From a virus (Duplodnaviria > Caudoviricetes): a DNA stretch of 53,176 bases. This document shows, piece after piece, positions 46,575 through 53,176 of this stretch; position 1 is the first letter of the stretch; every line of letters starts with the position of its first letter. The DNA lies in the IMG/VR virus record IMGVR_UViG_3300049172_000079, positions 1 to 53,176 of that record; one strand, given 5' to 3'. Position numbers and translations under genes: made by a program. The notes beneath the pieces are model-generated. The model worked only from the letters and a program-made list of their open reading frames with translations, was not told the origin of the DNA and made no database searches.

Positions 46575-46712
46575 GGTCCCCCCAGGTGGTGTGTGTGCTG
46601 GGGTGAATGATGCGCCCGCGTGAACGAGTCGTGAAGGCGCTGTTCCTGTTCTGTGACCCGAATCCACCCGAACCGGTAGCCGTCCCCTGCCGGTAACAGC
46701 CACACTGCGGGC

Positions 46713-46886
46713 ATGGACGACGTGGTGTACATGGTGCGCGGCGGCACGCGAGACATCTGCCAGCGCGAGCTCGACCGGCTCTGCGAACTCCTCGACGCCC
46801 GCCCGACGATGCGCCCCTCCGACAGCACCGGACGCGGCTGGGTAGCCCGCGCCGTCCCCGCCCGCCAGCCCGAGCCGGCCGAGTAG
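46713..46886 (+). CDS. Small hypothetical protein (57 aa)
   Basis: CACACT-N6-ATG; followed by a stem-loop at ~46898-46935. Confidence 0.5.
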   Translation: MDDVVYMVRGGTRDICQRELDRLCELLDARPTMRPSDSTGRGWVARAVPARQPEPAE

Positions 46887-46972
46887 GGCATACGAAAGCC
46901 CCGCCGACCCCTGGGGGGGGATGGGTCGGCGGGGCGTGCGCGGTGCGTCGCGTTCTCAGTGTTGCAGCGCTG

Positions 46973-47122
46973 TCAACTCGCCCTCGGGCCCTGCTGCGGG
47001 GTGCCGGGGACGGGCTTCTCCTCCGGCTTCACCCAGCCGCCGCGCGACCCTTGATAGTCCGTCTCGTGGCCCTGCAGCCGAGGGTCGTCCGGCTTGATGG
47101 GCTTCTTGAATCCGAGTGCCAT
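46973..47122 (-). CDS. 49-aa hypothetical protein
   Basis: MALGFKKP...; last gene of the membrane operon. Confidence 0.45.
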   Translation of the reverse strand: MALGFKKPIKPDDPRLQGHETDYQGSRGGWVKPEEKPVPGTPQQGPRAS

Positions 47123-47207
47123 GATGGCGGTCCTGTCTCTTCGTTGGGATGGGGACCGGGGCGTGGCCGCGCTCTTCTTGGCGGATGGGAGCGGCCCGCC
47201 CCGGGGT

Positions 47208-47855
47208 CTACTTCGCGGCCTTCAGCCAGCGCACGAGGGTGCGGTGGGGGCGCTCCTCGTCGGGCACCGTCTCGAAGCCACGGCTGTTGTTGTTGTCGTT
47301 GTTGTTGCTGGTCAACGACCCCTCTTGGGCGGTCTCCTCGCCGGGGGAGGGGAGCGGCGGGAAGTCGCTGCTCTTCACGCCCGGGGAGACGGCCACCCGC
47401 CGGCCCTTCATCCGCACCCCTCCAGAGGTGGGGATGTCGGCCGCGGCGAGGGCCTCCCGTACGGCCTCGGTGGAGGCCTTCAGGTGGTCGGCGAGGGCGG
47501 TGGTGTGGGCGTGCGGTGCGCCCACCTCGTGGAGGGCCTGGACCAGCTGCTCGCGGGTGATCCCGCCGGGGGCCTGGGCGGGCTGCTCGGGGGTCTCGTC
47601 GGCGGCCTCGGCGGGCGCCGTCGGGGCGGTCGGGTCGGGCAGGCGCAGGCCGGTCACGACCGCGGTGACGAGCCACCCGACGGCGAGCAGCACGGCGATG
47701 CGGGTGGTCCAGGGCAGTCCCTTGGCGAACCCGGCGAGGAAGAGCACGAGCACGAGCTTCCCGAACGCGCCTGCTGCTCCCCCGCCTGCCAACCAGCCAG
47801 CGATGGCGGTGCAGATGCGGGAGGAGCCGGTCCACACGGCGATCCAGACGCGCAT
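47208..47855 (-). CDS. Membrane protein with HTH-like C-terminal part
   Basis: TM segments, then AHTTALADHL...VREAL...GVR...VSPGV; Asn run. Confidence 0.65.
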   Translation of the reverse strand: MRVWIAVWTGSSRICTAIAGWLAGGGAAGAFGKLVLVLFLAGFAKGLPWTTRIAVLLAVGWLVTAVVTGLRLPDPTAPTAPAEAADETPEQPAQAPGGITREQLVQALHEVGAPHAHTTALADHLKASTEAVREALAAADIPTSGGVRMKGRRVAVSPGVKSSDFPPLPSPGEETAQEGSLTSNNNDNNNSRGFETVPDEERPHRTLVRWLKAAK

Positions 47856-47856
47856 G

Positions 47857-48306
47857 TCAGCCGCCCACCATCATCAGGACAGCGGCAGCGAACTGGACGG
47901 GTGCGGCCCACACGGAGCCGTCTCCGGCGGCGGGCCACACGAATGAGGCGATCATCCCGACGGCAGCGGCGGACGCCGGGTTCAGCGGCGCGGCGATCAT
48001 GATGATCAGCAGGAGCAGCGCGACCGCTCCGATCCCCACGTCGCCAAACGGCCCGTCACCTGAGCCGACGCCGAGCCCGGTCAATCCCTGCTCGGTAATG
48101 CGCCCGGGGTCGGCCCAGATCTTCCCGGCCGCTACGTAGGCGGTGCCGGCTAGGAACGCGGTGATGAGGGAGCCTCGCACCTCGAACTTGATCTTTCCCT
48201 TGCCCATGACGCCGAACACGAGGAGCGCGGTCGCGCAGATGGCGATGCCACCGTTGCCGAGCACGCCGAACACGGCGCCCGAGGTGGTGGGTGCTGCGAG
48301 GTACAC
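47857..48306 (-). CDS. Multi-TM membrane protein
   Basis: About 4-5 hydrophobic Gly-rich segments; AGGAG RBS. Confidence 0.7.
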   Translation of the reverse strand: MYLAAPTTSGAVFGVLGNGGIAICATALLVFGVMGKGKIKFEVRGSLITAFLAGTAYVAAGKIWADPGRITEQGLTGLGVGSGDGPFGDVGIGAVALLLLIIMIAAPLNPASAAAVGMIASFVWPAAGDGSVWAAPVQFAAAVLMMVGG

Positions 48307-48314
48307 GGGGGCTC

Positions 48315-48869
48315 CTAGAACAGGGCGTTGGGCGCGTGGAGCGCGGTGGCGAGGAGAGCGGTGGACATGGGGATGCGCAGGGCCCACAGGACGGGCGGAC
48401 GGGTACGGGTGGGCAGGATGCGGACGTACCGCTCCCCTACGACCTCGGCGGCGAACCAGCCGAACCCGGCGAGCGCGAGGCCGGCCGCGGAGCCGCCGGG
48501 GCCGAGGGTGTCGAGGAACTCGGCCATCGCGTCGTAGAGGCCGAACGTCCAACCGACGCCGGCAGCGGCGCCGTGGACGAGGAGCCAGCGGCGGGCGCGG
48601 GCTTGGCGGTCCTGGGCGCGGGTGTCGACGGGCTGCGGCGCCGGTGGGGGTGGCGGGGTGAAGGTGATGTGCCAGCCGGGCGGTGGCTCACTCCCCTCGC
48701 TGGGCTGATCGCCGGCTGCTGGTTCTTTGCCGACGGACCACCAGTGGGGTTCCTCGTCCGGGGCGGTCATCGGTGTCCTTCGCGGGTCGTGGGTGTGGCC
48801 GAAGGGGCGGACGTGGCGGGCGCGGAGGAACGCGCGGGCGCGCAGCTCGTCCCCGCCCACCGCGCTCAT
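48315..48869 (-). CDS. Membrane protein
   Basis: Pro-rich N-terminus and three TM segments; coupled. Confidence 0.65.
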   Translation of the reverse strand: MSAVGGDELRARAFLRARHVRPFGHTHDPRRTPMTAPDEEPHWWSVGKEPAAGDQPSEGSEPPPGWHITFTPPPPPAPQPVDTRAQDRQARARRWLLVHGAAAGVGWTFGLYDAMAEFLDTLGPGGSAAGLALAGFGWFAAEVVGERYVRILPTRTRPPVLWALRIPMSTALLATALHAPNALF

Positions 48870-49822
48870 GAGGCGGTGCGCTCGATGCGGGTGCGTGTCC
48901 GGCGGACGGTGTCGGCGGACACGGTCTGTCCGTGGATCTTGCGGACGTAGGACAGGACGGCGTCCTTGTCCGTGATGCCGGACGCGAGGGCTGTCCGGAT
49001 GGTGTCCGCGACGGTCTGTCCGGGCGGGGCGATCGGACGGACGGGGCGGACGGGGCGGCGCGTTGACCTGCTGTCCGTCGTGTCCGGACGGCTGTCCGTG
49101 TCCTCGTCGAGGACGTCGCGGATGGTGTCCGTGTCCGTGTCGATTCCGGCGGCGGACAGGTGGTCGACGATGTCCTCCGGGGTGGCGTCCGGGAAGGTGT
49201 CCGCGGCGGCGCGGACAGCGGAGCGGACGGTGGCCGTGCCCCGCTTGTCCGGGCGGCTGTCCGTGTCCGGCGGGGTGATCTGGTGTCCGGTCTGGACGGG
49301 GTCGAGGAGGTCGAGGCGGACACCGACCGCACGGCGCAGCGTCGTCCAGGAGCGGCCCGGGTACATGACCCAGCCGAGCGCGGGGATGTGCGGGAGCCGT
49401 TCGGCGACGAGGCCGCGGGCGGAGCGCTGCTCGTCGCGGACGTCACGCCGGTGGAGTTCGAAGAGGAGCTCCACCCCGGCTGAGAGGGAGGCGAATCCGG
49501 CGGCGGCGGGCATGCCGCCGATGTCGTGGCCGTGGTTCCAGTTGAGGAGTCCGGCGACGGACACGAAGGCGAGGAGCGCGGCGCGGGCGAGGCCTGCGGG
49601 GGTGCCGCGTTCGACGGCGCGGCGGGCGTAGGTGGCGCAGATGAGTCCGGCCGCGTCGAACATGATGGAGAGGGGCCAGGCGAGCCACTCGTCCATGCCC
49701 CAGTCCATGAGCTGCCCGGAGAGGGACCAGGCGGCGGCGGCGAGGAGCATGCCGAGGACGAGCGCCCAGGCGGCGCGGATGGGCTGGGAGAGTCTGCGGC
49801 CGGTGGCGCGCGTCGTGTTCAC
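48866..49822 (-). CDS. DUF2637/Spd-like four-TM protein with C-terminal helical (DNA-binding-like) repeats
   Basis: Four TMs with PLSIMFDAAG and LNWNH; LPHIP.LGW..YP..SW; GAGGAG RBS. Confidence 0.7.
   Translation of the reverse strand: MNTTRATGRRLSQPIRAAWALVLGMLLAAAAWSLSGQLMDWGMDEWLAWPLSIMFDAAGLICATYARRAVERGTPAGLARAALLAFVSVAGLLNWNHGHDIGGMPAAAGFASLSAGVELLFELHRRDVRDEQRSARGLVAERLPHIPALGWVMYPGRSWTTLRRAVGVRLDLLDPVQTGHQITPPDTDSRPDKRGTATVRSAVRAAADTFPDATPEDIVDHLSAAGIDTDTDTIRDVLDEDTDSRPDTTDSRSTRRPVRPVRPIAPPGQTVADTIRTALASGITDKDAVLSYVRKIHGQTVSADTVRRTRTRIERTAS
48896..49322. repeat. Dispersed array of 20 TGTCCG/CGGACA hexamers
   Basis: 16 TGTCCG and 4 CGGACA counted on the + strand. Confidence 0.85.
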
Positions 49823-49869
49823 GGTGCTCCTCCGGGAGCGGGTCGGCGGTGGCGGGGTGTGGCGGCGGC

Positions 49870-50205
49870 TCAGCGCAGGGCGCACTCGTCTTGCAGCAGC
49901 TCGACCATCAGCGGCCAGTCCAGAGAGTCGTCGCCGCTGGCGCCGTTGCGCATGTGGGCGGCGGCTTGCTGCGGCGTGAGGAGGGTGACGGAGTCGCAGT
50001 ACGTCTGCCGCTCGGCTTCCGTGGCGATGGCCCAGGTGATCTCGAACGTTTGCCGGGTGTGGCCGGCGAGGTCGTCGGGGGTGAGGCTGGGCTCGGGCTG
50101 GACTGCAACTGTGTCGGTGGGGTCGGGCGTTTGCTGGTCGCTGTTGCAGGCGGTGAGCGCCAGGCAAGCGGCGGCGAGGAGCGGGAGGATGTGGCGGAGT
50201 CTCAT
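49870..50205 (-). CDS. Lipoprotein
   Basis: Signal peptide with LTAC lipobox. Confidence 0.75.
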   Translation of the reverse strand: MRLRHILPLLAAACLALTACNSDQQTPDPTDTVAVQPEPSLTPDDLAGHTRQTFEITWAIATEAERQTYCDSVTLLTPQQAAAHMRNGASGDDSLDWPLMVELLQDECALR

Positions 50206-50287
50206 GCGTGGGTCTCATCTCGGTGTTGGGGCCGCCCCGCGCGGCCGTGGGGGAACGGAATCGCGCGGGGACGGCGATCGGGGGTGG

Positions 50288-50482
50288 TTACCAGTTGGTG
50301 CGGCGGTCGCCGCGCTTGTCGCGGGCGCGGTCCTGCTGCTCCCAGGCTTCGGCGGCGGCTCCGGCTTCCCGGGCGCCGCGGGTCTTGGAGCGGCGGAAGC
50401 GGCTCGCGGAACCGGTGACGGACACGCCGGCGGCCGGGTAGCTGCGGCTGCTGGTCTGTTGGCGGCGGGAGAAGAGGCCCAT
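50288..50482 (-). CDS. Small basic protein
   Basis: MGLFSRR...; GGGGAG RBS; coupled. Confidence 0.6.
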   Translation of the reverse strand: MGLFSRRQQTSSRSYPAAGVSVTGSASRFRRSKTRGAREAGAAAEAWEQQDRARDKRGDRRTNW

Positions 50483-50655
50483 CAGCGGTGCTCCCCTTGG
50501 TCCTGCCAGCCGAGGCGGTCGCGGATGTCGGCGGCTTGGGCGTAGTCCTGTTGCGCCAGCTCGACGGTGGCGGGTTCGGCGAGGATCCGGTTCGGTTGCG
50601 GCGCGAGGGTGCTGGGGGTGGGCGGTTGTTGTTGCGTCTGGGTACGCTGCTCCAC
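50482..50655 (-). CDS. Small hypothetical protein, first gene of the membrane operon
   Basis: AGGAGAG RBS before GTG. Confidence 0.5.
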   Translation of the reverse strand: MEQRTQTQQQPPTPSTLAPQPNRILAEPATVELAQQDYAQAADIRDRLGWQDQGEHR

Positions 50656-50738
50656 GGTCTCTCCTGGTCACGTCAGGGGATGGCTGGCCCCGACGGGAGG
50701 TGCAACTCCCGTCGGGGCGTACTTGTTGGTGCCGTTCC

Positions 50739-50774
50739 AGAGTGCACGTTCTGCTTTACAACGTCAAGCAGAAC
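50739..50774. promoter_or_regulatory. Leftward promoter overlapped by inverted repeat GTTCTGCTT-N9-AAGCAGAAC
   Basis: Minus strand TTGACG-N17-CACTCT; perfect 9-bp arms at 50748-50756 and 50766-50774. Confidence 0.65.
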
Positions 50775-50789
50775 AGGGAGGATGTTGCC

Positions 50790-51332
50790 GTGCCCAAGAG
50801 CCCTGAATCAGAGGGGAGCCCGCGCTTGATGACAGTCACCGAGATCGCGGCGGAGCACGGGGTCAGCCGTCAGACGATCCACACGTATCGGCGGACGGGC
50901 ATCTTCCCTTCCCCTGTTGAGGGCGAGGGCAGTACGCGGCCACGGTTCCGTGAGGACGAGGTGGACGCGTTCTTCGAGGCGAACCCCAAGCAGCCGCGCA
51001 AGAAGCGCAGGCCCCAGCCCGACCAGCAAGGAGAGCCAGTGACCACCACGACCGATCCGCGTATCGCGATCCTGTCCAGCCTGAACGACCCCCCGTACAA
51101 CGAGAGGGCGGAGAAGCGCTGCGTGCCGTGGGACGACGCGGTGAAGATGCTCGACGCCTATCGGGCCGCCGTCGTCGCCGAGGTGGTCGACGCGTTGACG
51201 GCGAAGGGGGCGGAGTTGTCGGAGCTGGCGGAGGAGGAGATGCGGCCGAGTCTGGAGGAGCGGGCGCAGACGTGGTACGAGGCCGCTGAGGTGGCGGAGA
51301 AGCTGAAGCAGGCGAAGGCGGAGGAGGGCTGA
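50790..51332 (+). CDS. AlpA/excisionase-like HTH regulator with C-terminal extension
   Basis: LMTVTEIAAEHGVSRQTIHTYRR.G.FP.P. Confidence 0.75.
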   Translation: MPKSPESEGSPRLMTVTEIAAEHGVSRQTIHTYRRTGIFPSPVEGEGSTRPRFREDEVDAFFEANPKQPRKKRRPQPDQQGEPVTTTTDPRIAILSSLNDPPYNERAEKRCVPWDDAVKMLDAYRAAVVAEVVDALTAKGAELSELAEEEMRPSLEERAQTWYEAAEVAEKLKQAKAEEG

Positions 51333-51595
51333 TGGCCCGTCTCGATGCCAGGCCCGCGCTGAACGTCCACTACGCGACCGATCCCCGCATCCGGCATCTC
51401 GCCGAGGCTGTGTGGCGGTTGCGGACGGGTGGCACCCGGATGGACTGGCTGATGCTCGGCAAGGACAACCCGGAGGCGCTCATCGGGGAGGCGCGTGAGT
51501 GGGTGCGCGCGGCGGTCGCTGCCGGGCTCATGGAGCCGCCTCGGGATGATCCGGGTTGGAAGACGGCGGCACACCGCGCCGCTGAGGAGGAGTAG
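51332..51595 (+). CDS. Hypothetical protein
   Basis: Coupled; GGAGG RBS. Confidence 0.6.
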   Translation: MARLDARPALNVHYATDPRIRHLAEAVWRLRTGGTRMDWLMLGKDNPEALIGEAREWVRAAVAAGLMEPPRDDPGWKTAAHRAAEEE

Positions 51596-51803
51596 TCGTG
51601 GTGAATCTCGTGCAGTGGCTCAGGCGCCCCTGACCCGTACGTAGCTGCGCCCCGGCCGTCGTGACCCGGTCGGGGCGTTTCGCTGTGCAAGCACCGCCCG
51701 AGACGCCAGAGCAGGGACGGGAACGGGCGGCACGATCAGCGTCGCACGCCCGTCAAGCTGCTCCCGGGATGCCGCTGTCACACCCCTGCGGCAGGCTGAC
51801 CCC

Positions 51804-52010
51804 ATGCGTACGGTGATCGTGTTCCCGCCCGATGAGCAGGGCGGCCGGCGCGTCCGCTCCGGCAGCGAGATCCTCGGCCGGGCGACCAGCCTCCGGGATG
51901 TCGTGGAGTTCCTGCGGCGCGCCGGCCTGGACGAGGTGGACGAGGCCTATGTGCGGCGCACGGCGCTGGTCGAGTGGCGGGGTGGCGGGCCGGACGTGTG
52001 GGAGCACTGA
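51804..52010 (+). CDS. Small hypothetical protein
   Basis: CAGGCT-N6-ATG; GGRRV...ILG.A...EFLRRAGL...EWRGGGPDVW. Confidence 0.65.
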   Translation: MRTVIVFPPDEQGGRRVRSGSEILGRATSLRDVVEFLRRAGLDEVDEAYVRRTALVEWRGGGPDVWEH

Positions 52011-52300
52011 CGGCGGTCTTCCGCTCCGGCCGGGTGTGGGCGTACGGTCGTGGTCTCCCCGTCGGGGAGTGCCCTTGGAGGCGCTCGGCCCGCCAGTCCG
52101 CAGGGGTGCGGGACGGCGGGCCATGTGCTGTCCGGGCATGCGAGAGCCCTCCCTACGCGCGGCAGGGAGGGCTTCGTGGTCTCCGGGCCGGGCTGCTCAC
52201 CACATGCGGCAGGCGCGCCACAGCATCTCTGCCGCCCAGGAGCAGCGGTGTCCGGCGAGCCAGCAGCCGAGGCGGTCGAGCTGGCGGGTGAGGCGGAGCA

Positions 52301-52726
52301 TCACGGTTGCGCCTTCCAGTTGGGGCCGCGTAGGGCGGGCGGGACGCTGCTCGTGGGCTGGGCGCTGAGGAGCCGGACGATCGCACTGAGGTTCGTGACG
52401 CGCGGCTCAGGGCGTTCGCCTTCCTGCGGCCGGTCGAGGGTGGCGAGGATCTCGTCGGTGATGCCGTGCGCATAGGCGAGGTCGAGGAGTTCGGGGCAGT
52501 CGTTGAGGTTCTCGGTGACGGGGTAGTCGTACTCGCTTTCGGTGCCGCAGCCGTGGCACATGGCGGCCTCAGCCCAGTAGGCGTCGGGGTTGAGCCGGTG
52601 TCGGGCGAGGATGCGCCGGTCTGCCTCGCAGCGGCGGAGCGCGTTGGTGGGGTTGAGGATGTGGTCGAGGGCGTACTCCTCGGCCGCGTCGATCTGTTGG
52701 GTGATCCAGCCGTGCAAGTCAGGCAC
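52301..52726 (-). CDS. DUF6221-like phage protein
   Basis: LRRCEADRRILARH...C..C...CPELLDLA. Confidence 0.6.
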   Translation of the reverse strand: MPDLHGWITQQIDAAEEYALDHILNPTNALRRCEADRRILARHRLNPDAYWAEAAMCHGCGTESEYDYPVTENLNDCPELLDLAYAHGITDEILATLDRPQEGERPEPRVTNLSAIVRLLSAQPTSSVPPALRGPNWKAQP

Positions 52727-53147
52727 CGGGGGTCTCCTTGTGCTTCCAGTCGGCCATGCCGCAGCGGGCGCAGAGGCCGCTGTCCTCGGGCTTGGTGGGC
52801 GGCTGGTAGGCGGCGCATACCGTGCCGTCGGTCGTTCGGGTCGCTGCCGGGCCGGACGCGGGCTCGACGAGGGCGTCGAGGACGGCTTGCCGGGCGCGGT
52901 CCCAGCCCATCTGCACGCCTCTGCTGCGGTCCCCGAGGATGGGCATGTCGTAGGGCGGGAGGGCGGCGCGGACGCGGGTGATGGCGGCCTCGGCCTGCTC
53001 GGCGCGTCCCGCGTACGACCCGGCTGCGGCGTTGGCGCTGTCGGCTTCGGCGTAGCAGCGGGCGGTGTACTCGGCCTGTTCCAGCCGCTCGTACAGGGCG
53101 TCGAGTTGGTCGCTGGTGAGGTCGTCCAGCTTGATGCGGTCGGTCAC
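52719..53147 (-). CDS. Hypothetical phage protein
   Basis: LDDLTSDQLDALY...RAEQAEAAITRVRA. Confidence 0.6.
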   Translation of the reverse strand: MTDRIKLDDLTSDQLDALYERLEQAEYTARCYAEADSANAAAGSYAGRAEQAEAAITRVRAALPPYDMPILGDRSRGVQMGWDRARQAVLDALVEPASGPAATRTTDGTVCAAYQPPTKPEDSGLCARCGMADWKHKETPGA

Positions 53148-53176
53148 TGCTGCTCCTGGTCGGGCAGGTTGAGGTC

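Larger units (their letters stand above)
1..53176. mobile_element. Temperate Streptomyces-type siphovirus genome, likely near-complete, circularly permuted, attP form
   Basis: Terminase-portal-protease-capsid-tail-lysis synteny, integrase, repressor/cro and replication genes. Phage-like genes run to both window ends and no host housekeeping genes are visible. Confidence 0.95.

Noticed and set aside
46913-46920. G8 homopolymer
   Set aside because: Intergenic, in the loop of a terminator-like hairpin; no evidence of phase variation.
47286-47308. GTT trinucleotide run encoding NNNDNNN as a DGR target or phase-variable tract
   Set aside because: No reverse transcriptase or template repeat; in-frame triplets would not shift the frame.
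48896-49322. Possible CRISPR array
   Set aside because: Repeats are 6 bp with irregular spacing inside a CDS, and there are no cas genes.

Overview
The whole window is a high-GC Streptomyces-type temperate siphovirus, probably close to a complete, circularly permuted genome. From left to right it carries replication/recombination genes (replication initiator with internal iterons, WhiB, resolvase, DnaQ-like exonuclease, RecE/RecT-like pair), an xis/cro/repressor switch, a tyrosine integrase with an apparently intact attP, a cargo island, lysis genes, tail and head genes, terminases and a mosaic accessory region. Two systems stand out. (1) Between attP and the lysis genes is a complete ATP-grasp RiPP (graspetide) cluster: precursor, ATP-grasp ligase and PIMT-like methyltransferase. 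Its core fits a four-ester hairpin with an aspartimide. It is flanked by XRE regulators, a flavoprotein, a perfect 20-bp palindrome and the only two in-frame TTA (bldA) codons I found. (2) A plasmid/AICE-like membrane 'spread' operon has a DUF2637-like gene carrying 20 copies of CGGACA in ~430 bp, in all three reading frames. All family calls come from motif recognition by eye; no searches were run.
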